Counted from the stretch's first letter, positions 8,498 to 20,059 are shown. The stretch: DNA of 64,000 nucleotides from Candidatus Latescibacterota bacterium (GCA_965219995.1 CBDCOX010000002.1:1056001-1120000); one strand, 5' to 3'. The notes: generated by a model from the sequence alone, not told the origin. Made by a program: numbers and translations.

Positions 8498-9262
8498 GTG
8501 ACGCCGATCGACATCCCGTGGCTTCTCGGCATCGTCGGAAAAGCCGGAGAAATCGCCCTGTCCCACTTCGGCAGGACGAAAGGGACGCTCAAGTCCGACA
8601 ATTCCTGGGTAACCCAGGCGGACCTGGACGTGGAGGCCTATCTCAGGAAGGAACTCGCTTCGACGTTTCCGGACGATGCCGTACTCGGCGAAGAGGGCGA
8701 CGATCCGCCGCCGACGTCATCGAACGTGTGGGCGATCGATCCGATCGACGGCACGCGGGCGTTCAACCACGGCCTGCCCGTGTGGGGCGTCTCGATCGGC
8801 CGGTTCGTAAACGGCCGGCCGGCCGCGGGCGCCGTCGTTCTTCCCGTGCTGGGCGACGTTTATTACACCGACGGCGACACCGCTTTCTGCAACGGCACGC
8901 CGCTCACGCCGCCGGCATCCGTCGTGGATGCCAACGCCCTGCTGCTGGTCAGCGAAGCCGCGTTCAAGCATCTCAGGATCGACTATCCGGGCAAAACCCT
9001 CAGTCTGGGATCCGCCGCGGCTCACCTCTGCTACGTTGCGAGAGGGTCCGCCGTAGGCGCGTTCGACCATGCCTCCGTCTGGGACTACGCCGCCGGCGCC
9101 GCCATTCTGAATGTGCTGGGCGTTCGCCTGCGGTACATCTCCGGCAAGACCGTGGACTTCGAGGAATTATTCAGGTTGAAGGATGCGCCTGAACCCACGC
9201 TCGCAGCGCCCGACGCGCACTTCGACCCTCTCCGGAGCGCATTCCAGTCCGCGGAAGGATAG
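8498..9262 (+). CDS. Inositol monophosphatase family protein
   Basis: VTQAD, GEE, DPIDGT and WDYAAG motifs; GGAGG RBS before GTG 8498. Confidence 0.92.
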   Translation: MTPIDIPWLLGIVGKAGEIALSHFGRTKGTLKSDNSWVTQADLDVEAYLRKELASTFPDDAVLGEEGDDPPPTSSNVWAIDPIDGTRAFNHGLPVWGVSIGRFVNGRPAAGAVVLPVLGDVYYTDGDTAFCNGTPLTPPASVVDANALLLVSEAAFKHLRIDYPGKTLSLGSAAAHLCYVARGSAVGAFDHASVWDYAAGAAILNVLGVRLRYISGKTVDFEELFRLKDAPEPTLAAPDAHFDPLRSAFQSAEG

Positions 9263-9326
9263 CCGGGAGTTTCCCTTTCGACTCAGAAGCAGGAACCAAT
9301 GTGGATGTACAGGATCGAACGGAAGA

Positions 9327-10085
9327 CTAATCCGATATCCCGTAGATTCTCGCCAGGTTCTCGCCGAAAATCAGCCGTTCGGCACCCGACCCCAACTCCA
9401 GGCGCTGAATAGCCCGCTTCACCTGGATAGGCCGGTATTCCGGAAGGTTGGAACCGAAGACCACCCGCTCCGGCCCCAGCTCCCGTACCGCCGTTCCGAC
9501 TTCCTCCGGCACAGTCTCTTCCGGGTTGTCCGCCCACCGCTTGTGAAAACGCAGGACGGTCGTGCCCATGTACACGTTTTCGTATTTCCGGCACACCGCC
9601 ATCGCGGCGTCGAAATGGTCGGGAAAACCCATGTGATCCAGGATAACCGCGGAGCCTGGAACGCGTTCTGCGATCGCTGCTGCCCGGTCCGCGCTGCAGT
9701 TCTGCACGCCCGTGTGAATCGAAACGACAATGCCGAGCTCCTGTGCGGCGTCCGCGAACGGATAGACCATCGGATCGTCCACTTCGAATTTGTGGATCGC
9801 GCCCATCAGCTTCATACCCTTCGCGCCGCGGGACACGTAGCTCCTGAGCTGCGCAACCCCCTCCGCTCCCAGGTGGGGGTTCATCATCACACAGGGCAGC
9901 AGGTTTGGATGCCCCGCGGTCCGTTCCAGAAGCCCGGCGTTGTCCGGGTCCTCCCTTGCGTCCGGCATCACCACCGCCATGTCGATCCCCGCCTCCGCCT
10001 CGCACTCCAGCAACGCGGCGACGGTCATGGGGCGTCCGTACCAATCTCCCGCCAGGTAGGCTTCGAAATCTGCGGTTACTGCCAT
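9327..10085 (-). CDS. Amidohydrolase family (Amidohydro_2) protein
   Basis: GMKL, IHTG, DHMG, RVVFGSN; the first HxH is replaced by ExY; GGAGG RBS. Confidence 0.82.
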   Translation of the reverse strand: MAVTADFEAYLAGDWYGRPMTVAALLECEAEAGIDMAVVMPDAREDPDNAGLLERTAGHPNLLPCVMMNPHLGAEGVAQLRSYVSRGAKGMKLMGAIHKFEVDDPMVYPFADAAQELGIVVSIHTGVQNCSADRAAAIAERVPGSAVILDHMGFPDHFDAAMAVCRKYENVYMGTTVLRFHKRWADNPEETVPEEVGTAVRELGPERVVFGSNLPEYRPIQVKRAIQRLELGSGAERLIFGENLARIYGISD

Positions 10086-10135
10086 GGAATGACCTCCTTA
10101 TGCCGCTTTGGCGTTCCGTCGCCGGAACCCGGCGC

Positions 10136-10942
10136 TCAGCCCAGTTGCAGCGCCCGCCACCGGTCGTACGCGGGGCGCATCCGTTCCGGCAGGAATCCAC
10201 GCACGTTGTCCGCCAGCATCCACTTCACGCGCCCGTCTGTCTCCTGGGGCTCCTCATCGGGATCGTGTTTCTGCCAGCTCCCCGCCAGCGTCAATCTTTC
10301 GGGCGTTGTATTGTAAATCCCCCGATGGACCGCATTGCCATTCCAGAAAATCGACTGACCCGCCTTCAGGTGCATCACTTCCTGCGTTGAAATGTCAGCG
10401 TGCCGATTCTTCAGCAGCCGGTCCCGCTCCTCATCGGTCCGGTACCTTCTGTGGCTGCCCGGCACCAGTTGCAGGCAGGAATCGTCGACCAGCGCCAGGT
10501 GCCACTTCAATGACGCCAACGGCCGGTTGAGGATTTCCATCTCCACCTCGTAGGTCCCGTCCCGCTCGTTCTTTCCGAAATCCCGGTGCCAGCCACCGCT
10601 CCAATCCTCCTCGTCGGGCGAGGTAAAAATGAGCACCCCGCCCAACCGCAATTCGCTGCCCAGCAGCGGCTCCACGTATTGCATCACGTGTTGCGACGAC
10701 AGGTAATCCGCAAAAACCGGTTCGTTGAATTCCGGAGCGAACAGGCCCCTGATCGCCCACGGCTCACCGCCTGGGGTCCGGTGTGTGAAGATGTCCACGT
10801 CACCTGAACGCGCTTTGGCCTTCACGCGGCGCGTCGCATCCAGAAGCGGCGCCATCATATCCGGATCGACCGCATCGTCCACGATAAAGTAACCTTGTGT
10901 CTCGTACTGATCCCTTACCTCCTCCAAATCCATCGTACGCAT
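10136..10942 (-). CDS. Phytanoyl-CoA dioxygenase (PhyH) family Fe/2OG oxygenase
   Basis: QGYFIV, WHRD, LVPGSH and distal HRG facial-triad motifs. Confidence 0.9.
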   Translation of the reverse strand: MRTMDLEEVRDQYETQGYFIVDDAVDPDMMAPLLDATRRVKAKARSGDVDIFTHRTPGGEPWAIRGLFAPEFNEPVFADYLSSQHVMQYVEPLLGSELRLGGVLIFTSPDEEDWSGGWHRDFGKNERDGTYEVEMEILNRPLASLKWHLALVDDSCLQLVPGSHRRYRTDEERDRLLKNRHADISTQEVMHLKAGQSIFWNGNAVHRGIYNTTPERLTLAGSWQKHDPDEEPQETDGRVKWMLADNVRGFLPERMRPAYDRWRALQLG

Positions 10943-11043
10943 CCTCCAATCCTGGTCAAATGAGGTTTACCCCGGGAATTCGTGTCCTGTCCCAAAAATG
11001 CCTCAACCTTCTTCCGCCGATTCATCCCGTCTCGGAGTGGAAA

Positions 11044-14000
11044 TCACCACTCCTTTTTCCAGAAAATCCCGAGTGATTTGCGATCCCGCTCACGTTCGTT
11101 GCCCTCTCGCTGCTGCGCCTCCAGCGTGACTTGCGGCAACAGTTCGTACTCCACCACGACTTCCCTCCCCCTTGCCTCGGAAACGTCCTGTGCATAGCTG
11201 ACAAAGAACCGTGATCCGAAATACTTACCGGCCCGTACCCGGGTTGCCGAGTTTCCCATGCCCAGGTCGATTTCCACGACGTCAAGGTTCAATCGCCGGC
11301 CGATGGAGCGTTTCAGCTGGTTCGCCGCGACGCCGAGTACAAGGACCGCGGCCTGGCCCTCCAGGCGGCTCCCGACGCCGCCTTCCCCGCCCATCAGACC
11401 GGAGACATCGTCGGCCGGCCTTCCGATCAACAGGTACGAGAGGATATCGGATTCGTCCAGGGGCGGCGTCGTATCACTTTCGAGGGAAATATTGGGTTCC
11501 ATCAGCGTCCCGCCTACAACGACGCTGATCACCGCGTTTTCGTTGGAAACCAACCTTATCCTGCGCGTTGCAATGATGTAGAGATCGGGATTGATATCCG
11601 AACTGCCGCGGAAGTTGATCTCTCCGCGGTCGATCGCGAAACCGGTGTTCTGAAACTCGTACCGGCCCTGTCTGCTATCGAGAGATCCGTAGACCCGGAT
11701 TCCCCCGCTGTCCTTCACCAGATCCACGTCTCCCGAAATCTCGACGTTTAATTCCCTGTCCCGGATCCACACGTTGCGGGAGGCCGATACCCGGACGGCG
11801 CAGTTCAGATTTCGAAAGAGCGGCGACGACATCCAGGCGACGTCCGTGGGGTATTCGATGAAATCGGACAGCCTGAGTACGGCGCGGGACAACGCCACCC
11901 TTCCATCCATGCGCCCTGCGTCCAGGGTCCCCTTCAATTGAAGGTCGGCATTGAGTGTGGCTTTCAGCGAAGTCAGATCGATCGCCTCGAACTCATCGGC
12001 TCTTAGTGAAAGGTCATAACGCTCCACGTCGAACTGGTTCAACGTCACTTCGCCCTCTAGCGCGACCCTTGTTTTCTCCCGGCCGGTTTCGAAGCGGTCG
12101 AGGACGATCCTGTTCCCGTCAAAGTTCAGATCCGCTTCTACTTTTTCGAATGTCGTATTCAGGGGCACGATTCGCGCCTTTCCATCACGCAGCTTCAGCC
12201 ATCCGTGACGGAGGAGCCGCTGCGGCGTGCCCTTCACGGTCAGGTCGACCGCCAGAGATCCCTCCGCGTCCTGCACCGCGCGAACAATCCCGGGGAGAAA
12301 ATTCAGATCGACGCCGGCGGATTTCAGCGATACCTCTACGGGACCCCGGGGAAACAGGTCCGCCCACCCGTCTGACGTCAGGTTCAGTGGAAAATGCCCT
12401 TTCGTGGCGGCCTCCCTGCCGGAGGACTGCACCAGTCTCAGATCCACGGTGGCACGTTTGCTCCGATACCCCAGCGTTCCCGAGACTTCCTTCAACCTGA
12501 CACCTGCAATGACAGCATCCCGAAGCGCCAACTCAGTTTTCACGCGGGGATCGTCCAGCCCGCCGAACAGCGCAAATTTCCCGGTAAACATCCCGCTCAA
12601 CTCGCCGGCCATCCCGAGAAGACCCGACCATATCTTCAGGTCCACGTCGCTGAGGGTCACGACGATGCCCTCTGCCTGCCCGCTGTGTCCGTGCGCCAGA
12701 ATGGCGCCACCGTCCCCCACCAGCCGGAAATGCTCCACATCGACGCCGTCTTCGAGCCGATACGTCACTCTTGAGAGGCCATCGCTGGACATGGACACGC
12801 CGCCCACCCCGACAGACAGGGAGTCCAGTTCGAGGACATATACGTCGTCAGCCCACCCGGCCCGGCCCCTGGCGTGCAGTTGATCGATTTGGTCCGGACG
12901 GCTGCCCAGAGCGAAGGATATCCCGTCCTGAGTGAGTCCCAGGTCCAAAGCCAGGTCGTGGACCGTGCGCCCACCCCACACAAGGGAATCCGCGCGGACC
13001 GCCAGCGCTCCCTGCGACAGTTGCGACCCCGTCATCCCGAGTTTGACCCCCTGGATCGGGATACCCCTGAAATTCAAGCTGTCTGCCAGCAGATCCACCA
13101 CGGCGAAGGGTTTCATCCACGCGCCGCGAATGCGCGCCGCAAATGTAGCCGGCGTCCCCGTCAATTCCGTCCCCACGACGTCGTCAAGCATTCTGAAATC
13201 GCCGACCCGCCCCCTTGCCCGGAGGTCCAGGCTGTCGCCCGGTGCGATCCAACCGGCGCCTTCCACGTGCGCCCGCGTACCTGCCAGGAACAACCGATCC
13301 ACGATCGTCCGGCGACCCTGCTGTATCAGGCTCGCTCGTGCGCTATCCAGTTTCCCTCCGAGAAACCGCGACGCTTCCACGATCACGTCCGCGTTGGCCT
13401 GTGCCGAATCCGGGTGAAATCCCCGTCCGCCGAGTCCAATCTGCAGTGACACGTCTTCCAGGAGATCAGGGCGCCGAAGAAACCGACCCATCGCCAGACC
13501 GTCCACCCGCACGCCCGCACGGTAGGAGGGCTGACGTCCGCCGGGGTTCCGGAATTGCCCCAGATCGACCCTGGCGTGTCCCCTGACCACGCCGTACCCG
13601 TCCGACAGGCGCACGCCTATCGTGTCGAGAATCACGATACCCCGCCGTAACGATCCGCGAAGAGAGAGTCCTGTTGCTCGAGGCAAACCCTCGATATTCA
13701 AGACGTCGATATTGGCTTCACCCCGCCAGATTTCATCGCCCGTCCGCCTCAGACGGACCTCACCCGTGAGGTCGGTGACCCTCGGAAGATGCCGCGACAG
13801 CGCGGTCAGGTCCACGCGCTCCAGGCGTGTTCTCAATTCATAGTCCGGCGCCGCCCCAATCCGGTTTACCAGCAGTCTGGCCGTCAGCCCCCCTGCCTCC
13901 CCCTCGGCCTTCACGTCCATCAGGAGTCTTCCGTTGCCCAATGACGTGACGAAGTTCGCCGTATCGACGACCGTGCCGGAAATTTGCGCGCGGGCGATGC

Positions 14001-15075
14001 CCCCGCTGACGGTCAAGTCCGCAGTCACCGGATCCAGGCCGCGTCCCGTGAGGTGAACGGTCGCGTCAAAACGGGCGTCCATGCCCAACTGCCGGGCGAC
14101 CCGCATCAGATCGATCTCCGTCGCGGTCGCACGGACATCATATGCGACGTCCGCCCGCGAGAAGTCTATATGACCGGCAATGACGCAGGCGGCTGACCCG
14201 TCGTCGAGGTTCAGGTCCACGTTCGCACGGGTCGCGTCGCCCCACACCCTGCCGCCTGCCGCAAGACTTCCCGTTGGATAGGTACCGGGAAGAATGCGGC
14301 TGATCTCACCATACGCAAGAGAATCCGCACGCAGCACGAAGTCGTAATCGGGACGGGAAAGGCCGGTCATCGTTCCGTCGATACGGACGTGGGAACCCGG
14401 CGTCTGCAGCCGGATCCCGTCGAGCGTCAGCCTTCCATCGGCGAGCAGGGTCAGTCCGGACAGATCTCTGATGACGAGAGGAGGATCGAAGAGAAGGGAT
14501 CGGAAACGGCGCAGCGCCAACTCGTACCCCCCGCGACCGGCCCGAAGTCCCAAGACCAGATTCAGGCTGTCGACCCTGCCGGAGGCAGCCGCGTCGATCC
14601 GGCCGTCCACGACCTCCGCGTGGCGGATGCGGATCTGCCGTGCCGGACCCTCTTTCCACCAACCCGGGTCCGTCGCCGGTAACAGACCGACCGCGGAATC
14701 GGCGACGGCCGAGTTTTCCGGGAGACGGACCTTCGGGGCGACCAGCACGAGTGTATCGACGGTTGCGGTACCCCTCAGCAGCGTCGTCGGCCGGTACCGG
14801 GCCTTCACCGCGTCCACGACCAGTAGCGGGGCCGACTGTGCGCCGATCCGCACCCTTTCCATCCGGAAGTTCGTCAAGGGATTGCCGTGAATCCCGCCGA
14901 TATCGAAGGGCACGCCGAGGTCCCTGCTGAGCCGTTCCTGCAAATAGGTACGCAGATACGGGTTCGCGCGTCCGGATGCCAGCACCACGAGACCGAGTAC
15001 GACGACGGCGACCATGGCGGCCGCGACAGGAACGGTTATTTTCACGATACGTCTCAATGGATCCCCGTCTGGCAA
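11044..15075 (-). CDS. tamB: Translocation/assembly module TamB
   Basis: N-terminal TM anchor, about 1300 aa of beta-taco repeats, DUF490-like C-terminus (GTLMEPNISLES...DILSYLLIG...AGKY...); downstream of an Omp85 gene. Confidence 0.88.
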   Translation of the reverse strand: MPDGDPLRRIVKITVPVAAAMVAVVVLGLVVLASGRANPYLRTYLQERLSRDLGVPFDIGGIHGNPLTNFRMERVRIGAQSAPLLVVDAVKARYRPTTLLRGTATVDTLVLVAPKVRLPENSAVADSAVGLLPATDPGWWKEGPARQIRIRHAEVVDGRIDAAASGRVDSLNLVLGLRAGRGGYELALRRFRSLLFDPPLVIRDLSGLTLLADGRLTLDGIRLQTPGSHVRIDGTMTGLSRPDYDFVLRADSLAYGEISRILPGTYPTGSLAAGGRVWGDATRANVDLNLDDGSAACVIAGHIDFSRADVAYDVRATATEIDLMRVARQLGMDARFDATVHLTGRGLDPVTADLTVSGGIARAQISGTVVDTANFVTSLGNGRLLMDVKAEGEAGGLTARLLVNRIGAAPDYELRTRLERVDLTALSRHLPRVTDLTGEVRLRRTGDEIWRGEANIDVLNIEGLPRATGLSLRGSLRRGIVILDTIGVRLSDGYGVVRGHARVDLGQFRNPGGRQPSYRAGVRVDGLAMGRFLRRPDLLEDVSLQIGLGGRGFHPDSAQANADVIVEASRFLGGKLDSARASLIQQGRRTIVDRLFLAGTRAHVEGAGWIAPGDSLDLRARGRVGDFRMLDDVVGTELTGTPATFAARIRGAWMKPFAVVDLLADSLNFRGIPIQGVKLGMTGSQLSQGALAVRADSLVWGGRTVHDLALDLGLTQDGISFALGSRPDQIDQLHARGRAGWADDVYVLELDSLSVGVGGVSMSSDGLSRVTYRLEDGVDVEHFRLVGDGGAILAHGHSGQAEGIVVTLSDVDLKIWSGLLGMAGELSGMFTGKFALFGGLDDPRVKTELALRDAVIAGVRLKEVSGTLGYRSKRATVDLRLVQSSGREAATKGHFPLNLTSDGWADLFPRGPVEVSLKSAGVDLNFLPGIVRAVQDAEGSLAVDLTVKGTPQRLLRHGWLKLRDGKARIVPLNTTFEKVEADLNFDGNRIVLDRFETGREKTRVALEGEVTLNQFDVERYDLSLRADEFEAIDLTSLKATLNADLQLKGTLDAGRMDGRVALSRAVLRLSDFIEYPTDVAWMSSPLFRNLNCAVRVSASRNVWIRDRELNVEISGDVDLVKDSGGIRVYGSLDSRQGRYEFQNTGFAIDRGEINFRGSSDINPDLYIIATRRIRLVSNENAVISVVVGGTLMEPNISLESDTTPPLDESDILSYLLIGRPADDVSGLMGGEGGVGSRLEGQAAVLVLGVAANQLKRSIGRRLNLDVVEIDLGMGNSATRVRAGKYFGSRFFVSYAQDVSEARGREVVVEYELLPQVTLEAQQREGNERERDRKSLGIFWKKEW

Positions 15076-15145
15076 GTCGAATCAGCGAATTTTCCGAATT
15101 CCGTGACGTGTACGTCCGGTTTCCGTACCGGCCGTCCGCGAACGT

Positions 15146-16900
15146 TCAAAACGCCTGTCCCAGGCTGAAATGGATCTGTCGAACGGGCTGGGACGGATCG
15201 TCGGACAGGCGGTACGCGACGTCGAGCCGCGCCGGGCTGATGGGATTCAGGTAACGCAATCCGAACCCGGCTGCCACACGCAGATGACCCGGATCGAAGG
15301 CTCCGAACCGGTCGGTCTCCACGTTTCCGGCATCCACGAACAGGGCCATCCCCAGCCCCGACATCAGTCGGGTACGAACTTCGACGCTTCCTTCCAGATG
15401 GCTCAGCCCGCCCAGCGGCAAGTCGGACGGGCCCCGTGGACCCAGCCTGTTCAGTTTCCATCCGCGCACGCTGCCTGAGCCGCCCGCGAAGAACCGCTCG
15501 AAACTTGGAATTGACACCAGAGTTCTTCGACTTAGAATCGTCCCGCCCGACACCCTGAGCGCGAGCACGCTCTTCCAGAATATCTTTCGGTACCATCGAC
15601 ACTCCCCCGACACTTTGAGGAAGTCCCTGCCGCTGGAGGCTTTCACCGCAAGTTCGGCCAGCAGGCCCCGTGTCGGGTCGAAGAAGTCGTCCCGTCTATC
15701 TTCCAGGTATTCTACGGAGAGCGACGTACGGGTGCTGTCCAGCTCGAATTCAAGGAATTCGGTCCTCACCTCAAAGACGACTCGTCCAGTCGCCCTGAAC
15801 GTCCGTTCCAGCGCCGCGCTGGCGCCGCCCCGCTTCACCCGGATCTCCTCGGGACGTTCCTGCTCCGCGAACCCCGTCATCTCCAGCCATGTCCTGCTCC
15901 CGAGTATGTACGGCTGCCTCACGCCGATTCTTGCCCTCGTCTCAAGCGCCGATGCTGAAGATTCGACGGTCAACTGGCGCGCGCCGCCACCCAGAAAACT
16001 CCGGTGCCGCCAGGACAGCGAACCCCGCAACCGCTCCTCGGTATCGTAACCCGCACCCAATTTCAGACTCCTCGGCGGCCGCTCCCTCACGACGATGGCC
16101 ACGTCCACCGGACTCGCCCGGGCAACCGTGTCGGGAATGGCAAGCGAGACGGCACGGAACGCCTCCGATCGATAGAGTTGGAGCCGGCTGTTCGAGAGGT
16201 CCTTCTTCCTGTATCCGTCACCAGCCCCGAAGGTCAGGCCGCGCAGAATCAGATCGTCTGAAACCGTTCGGTTTCCCGCGATCCGTATCTGTCCAAACCG
16301 GCATTTCGGCCCCGGAGACACCCGGTACGCTACGTCTGCCCGTTTGTTGCGGACGGCTACATCCGCGGCGACCTGGACGAAAGCGCGGCCATCGTTCTCA
16401 AGCAATTCAGCGATTTTTCTCAAATCCGACTCCCGGCCCGATCGAGTCAGCGGGCGGCCCGGTCGGGTGACCAGCGCATCCATCAGACGCACGCTGTCCC
16501 GGCCTGCATCCGCCGGCAGAAACGCCAGCCGGACGTTGGATACCACGACCGGCTCGCCTTCTTCAATGCGGATTCGAATGCGGACGAAGCCCGGACGCGT
16601 TCTGTCGATCAGGGTATCAAGCGCAGTTTCGAAATACCCCTCGTCCTTGTATCGCGCCAGAATCCGCGCAATATCGGATCGAAACACGGATGGATCGAAC
16701 GTCCGGACGTCTACACCGGGAAACACCTCGTACCAGGGATTCGCGCGGGTAAACATCAGCAGCTTGAGATCTCTGCTGGAAATCGCACGATTCCCTTCGA
16801 ACGCAACAGCGTCGACGACGGTGGAATCCGTATCCTGTGCGGAGAGGGCACCGGGAAGAACGATACAGACCATGACGGCGACGATTCTGAAGAGAATCAA
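15146..16900 (-). CDS. tamA: TamA/BamA (Omp85) outer-membrane assembly protein
   Basis: Signal peptide, three POTRA-like repeats, RFFAGGSGSVRGW loop, C-terminal FSLGQAF; AGGAGAGG RBS before TTG. Confidence 0.9.
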   Translation of the reverse strand: MILFRIVAVMVCIVLPGALSAQDTDSTVVDAVAFEGNRAISSRDLKLLMFTRANPWYEVFPGVDVRTFDPSVFRSDIARILARYKDEGYFETALDTLIDRTRPGFVRIRIRIEEGEPVVVSNVRLAFLPADAGRDSVRLMDALVTRPGRPLTRSGRESDLRKIAELLENDGRAFVQVAADVAVRNKRADVAYRVSPGPKCRFGQIRIAGNRTVSDDLILRGLTFGAGDGYRKKDLSNSRLQLYRSEAFRAVSLAIPDTVARASPVDVAIVVRERPPRSLKLGAGYDTEERLRGSLSWRHRSFLGGGARQLTVESSASALETRARIGVRQPYILGSRTWLEMTGFAEQERPEEIRVKRGGASAALERTFRATGRVVFEVRTEFLEFELDSTRTSLSVEYLEDRRDDFFDPTRGLLAELAVKASSGRDFLKVSGECRWYRKIFWKSVLALRVSGGTILSRRTLVSIPSFERFFAGGSGSVRGWKLNRLGPRGPSDLPLGGLSHLEGSVEVRTRLMSGLGMALFVDAGNVETDRFGAFDPGHLRVAAGFGLRYLNPISPARLDVAYRLSDDPSQPVRQIHFSLGQAF

Positions 16901-17089
16901 ACCTCTCCTTCCTGTTCAGACGCTTATTGGAACTGAACTGCGGCGCGGCATCCGGCGACCTGGGCCGGATTGCAAAGCGTTGCCCCGCCTCTGCCCTTCA
17001 TTGCGCTTTCCGGCAGAACCCGGCCGATCGCGGACTCCTCCTTTGACGCCCGCTGATCCCGTCGGTTTCAGATCTCCGTCCCTCAGCGG

Positions 17090-17117
17090 AAGATAGGTAT
17101 CCACTGCGTGTGCACAA
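17090..17117 (-). promoter_or_regulatory. Putative promoter for tamAB
   Basis: TTGTGC-N16-TATCTT on the minus strand. Confidence 0.4.
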
Positions 17118-17246
17118 GGGATTTCTGTCATGCATGCAATATAGACCGGACCCCGGCGATCGCGTTCGAAAGCTGGATGGACAAAAGAGTTCGGCCCCTT
17201 TTACCGATGTGGGAAAAGGGGCCCGAGACAGTGACGGCATGCGGGC

Positions 17247-19877
17247 TCATCCGCCAGCGACCGGCGCTTCGGCCGGCGGGTTGTTATGGTGGAGGCCAAG
17301 CTCGCCGTTGTCTGCGTCCACCCGGACCCGCGCGCCGTCGCAGATGTCGCCGCCAATCAGCCCTCTGCCGATTCTCGTCTCCAGTTCCCGTTGCAGGTAC
17401 CGTCTGAGCGGGCGCGCGCCGTAGACGGGATCGAACCCGTCGCGGGCGACGAATTCGCGGGCACTGTCGGTAATCTCCAGTTCGATCCGCCTGTCCTCCA
17501 GGCGTTTTCGGATGTCCGCGATCAACAGTTCGACGATCTCTCCGATTTCGTCCCGGGTCAGGGCCTTGAAAAGGACGACGTCGTCAACCCGATTGAGAAA
17601 CTCGGGCCTGAAGTGGCGGCGCATCTCATCCATCACCGATCTGCGGGCTTCGTCGTGGATCTCACCGCTGTCCGTCACGCGATCCAGCATATGGTGCGCG
17701 CCGATGTTGGAGGTCATGATAATCACCGTGTTCTTAAAGTCCACGGTCCGTCCCCGGGCGTCGGTCAGACGCCCGTCTTCGAGGATCTGCAGCAACGCAT
17801 TGAACACGTCATTGTGCGCCTTCTCGATTTCGTCGAACAGGACCACCGAGTAGGGCTTTCTGCGAACCGCCTCGGTCAGCTGACCCCCATCCTCGTAACC
17901 CACGTATCCGGGAGGCGCGCCCAAAAGGCGGGAAACCGAATGCCTCTCCATGTATTCGCTCATATCGATCCGGACCATATTGTCCTCGGCGTCGAACAGG
18001 GCTTCCGCCAGGGCTCTCGCCAGTTCGGTCTTGCCGACACCGGTGGGGCCCAGGAAGATGAACGAGCCGATGGGCCGGCGCGGGTCCTTGACCCCCGCCC
18101 GGGCGCGGATCACGGCGTCGGCCACCAGCGACACCGCCTCGTCCTGCCCCACGACGCGCCGGTGCAGAATCTCGTCGAGCCGGAGGAGCTTCTCGCGTTC
18201 GCCTTCCACCAGCCTGGTCACCGGGATCCCGGTCCAGCGCGAAACGATCTCCGCGATCTCCTCCCCGGTCACTTCTTCGCGAAGCATCCGGCCGTTCCCC
18301 TGCGACCGCGCCTCCGCGGCCGCGAGCTTCTGCTCCAGTTCCGGAAGCCGCCCGTGATTCAGTTCCGCGAGCCGGTTCAGATCGTACTTCCGTTCGGCGT
18401 CTTCAATCTCGCGCTTCACCGCTTCGATCTGTTCTCGATGGATGCGAACCGCGTCGATGACTTCCTTCTCGGATTCCCACTGTGCCCGCATCGCGCCGGC
18501 CTGCGCCTTGAGATCGGCCAGTTCCTTACGAAGGTCGTCAAGTCGCTGTGCGCTTCCCTTGTCCGACTCGTTCGTCAGCGCCGCCTCCTCGATTTCGAGC
18601 CGCATCACCCGTCGGGTCACCTCGTCCAGGCCGGCGGGCATGGAATCGATCTCGGTTCGGATCATCGCGCAGGCCTCGTCCACGAGGTCGATCGCCTTAT
18701 CGGGCAGAAACCGGTCCGATACGTACCGGTTGGAGAGTACGGCGGCACTGACGAGGGCGTTGTCCTGAATTCGCACTCCGTGGTACAACTCGTACCTTTC
18801 ACGAAGTCCCCTGAGGATTGAAATCGTGTCCTCCACCGAAGGCGCATCCACCGTTACGGGCTGGAACCGCCGTTCCAATGCGGCGTCTTTCTCGATATAC
18901 CTCCGGTATTCGTCCAGCGTGGTCGCGCCGATACAGTGCAGCTCGCCGCGCGCCAGCATCGGCTTGAGCATATTTCCCGCGTCCGCCGATCCTTCGGTAC
19001 GTCCCGCGCCGACGATGTTGTGGACCTCGTCGATAAACAACAGAATGCGGCCGTCGCTCTGCACGATCTCGTTCAGTACGGCCTTGAGCCGCTCCTCGAA
19101 CTCGCCGCGGAATTTCGCACCGGCCAGCAGCGCGCCCATATCCAGGGAAAACAGGGTGCGCTCCTTCATCCACTCAGGCACGTCTCCCTTTACGATCCGC
19201 TGCGCCAGTCCCTCGACAACAGCGGTCTTCCCCACGCCGGGCTCCCCGATCAGAACCGGGTTGTTCTTCGTTTTCCGGGACAGGATGCGCACGAGCCTTC
19301 TGATTTCCGCGTCCCGTCCGATCACCGGATCCAGCTTGCCCTCGCGGGCCTGTGCGACCAGGTCCACGCCGTACTTCTCGAGCGCTTCGTACGTGCCTTC
19401 AGGATCGGGGCCCGTCACCCGCTGATTCCCGCGCACGCGGGTCAACGCATCGAGAAACGCCTCCCTGGTGGCCCCCGTCTCCTGCAGAATCCGTCCAGCC
19501 TGCGTATCGGGTCCTTCGCCCAGCAGCGCCAGCGCCAGGTGTTCCACGGAAACGAACTCGTCCTTAAGCCGCCCGGCCTCGTCCTCCGCCCGCTGGATCA
19601 GCTGTTGGAAACGCTGCGTCACGGTTACCTTACCAGGTTCCGCGGGACCTCCAGTCTGCCGGGGCCTTCCGCCGAGTTCGCGCTCCAGACACGTTATCAG
19701 GCCTTTCACGTCGATCTCCATCCGCGCCAGGATTCGCGAAATCAACCCGTCCGGCTGCGCCAGGAGCGCCAGTAGCAGGTGTTCGCCGTCCACCTCGACG
19801 TGCTCGAACCGGGTCGACGCCGCCTGCGCGTCCCGAAGCGCCTCCTGCGATTTCTGTGTGAGCCTGTTCAACTCCAT
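17247..19877 (-). CDS. clpB: ATP-dependent chaperone ClpB
   Basis: Two AAA+ modules ([16 protein letters not shown]), [11 protein letters not shown], coiled-coil M domain; AGGAGG RBS. Confidence 0.98.
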   Translation of the reverse strand: MELNRLTQKSQEALRDAQAASTRFEHVEVDGEHLLLALLAQPDGLISRILARMEIDVKGLITCLERELGGRPRQTGGPAEPGKVTVTQRFQQLIQRAEDEAGRLKDEFVSVEHLALALLGEGPDTQAGRILQETGATREAFLDALTRVRGNQRVTGPDPEGTYEALEKYGVDLVAQAREGKLDPVIGRDAEIRRLVRILSRKTKNNPVLIGEPGVGKTAVVEGLAQRIVKGDVPEWMKERTLFSLDMGALLAGAKFRGEFEERLKAVLNEIVQSDGRILLFIDEVHNIVGAGRTEGSADAGNMLKPMLARGELHCIGATTLDEYRRYIEKDAALERRFQPVTVDAPSVEDTISILRGLRERYELYHGVRIQDNALVSAAVLSNRYVSDRFLPDKAIDLVDEACAMIRTEIDSMPAGLDEVTRRVMRLEIEEAALTNESDKGSAQRLDDLRKELADLKAQAGAMRAQWESEKEVIDAVRIHREQIEAVKREIEDAERKYDLNRLAELNHGRLPELEQKLAAAEARSQGNGRMLREEVTGEEIAEIVSRWTGIPVTRLVEGEREKLLRLDEILHRRVVGQDEAVSLVADAVIRARAGVKDPRRPIGSFIFLGPTGVGKTELARALAEALFDAEDNMVRIDMSEYMERHSVSRLLGAPPGYVGYEDGGQLTEAVRRKPYSVVLFDEIEKAHNDVFNALLQILEDGRLTDARGRTVDFKNTVIIMTSNIGAHHMLDRVTDSGEIHDEARRSVMDEMRRHFRPEFLNRVDDVVLFKALTRDEIGEIVELLIADIRKRLEDRRIELEITDSAREFVARDGFDPVYGARPLRRYLQRELETRIGRGLIGGDICDGARVRVDADNGELGLHHNNPPAEAPVAGG

Positions 19878-20059
19878 CGTGGACCTCCTTTTTTAGGAAT
19901 ACCGAATCCGCAGCCGGCGCCAGAGACCCGCCTCCTTGCGGCGCGAAACGGCCGCGTCGATCGGGTCCCGAGAACAACGCCGAAACCGAAACGCAGTCAC
20001 TTCCCGCAAAACCTGCAATGTTCGTGCCAGAATTACATCCGGGCGGATGTGAATTGCGG

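Noticed and set aside
17286-18821. 511-aa plus-strand ORF inside clpB
   Set aside because: Antisense shadow of a conserved gene in high-GC DNA; no recognisable motifs
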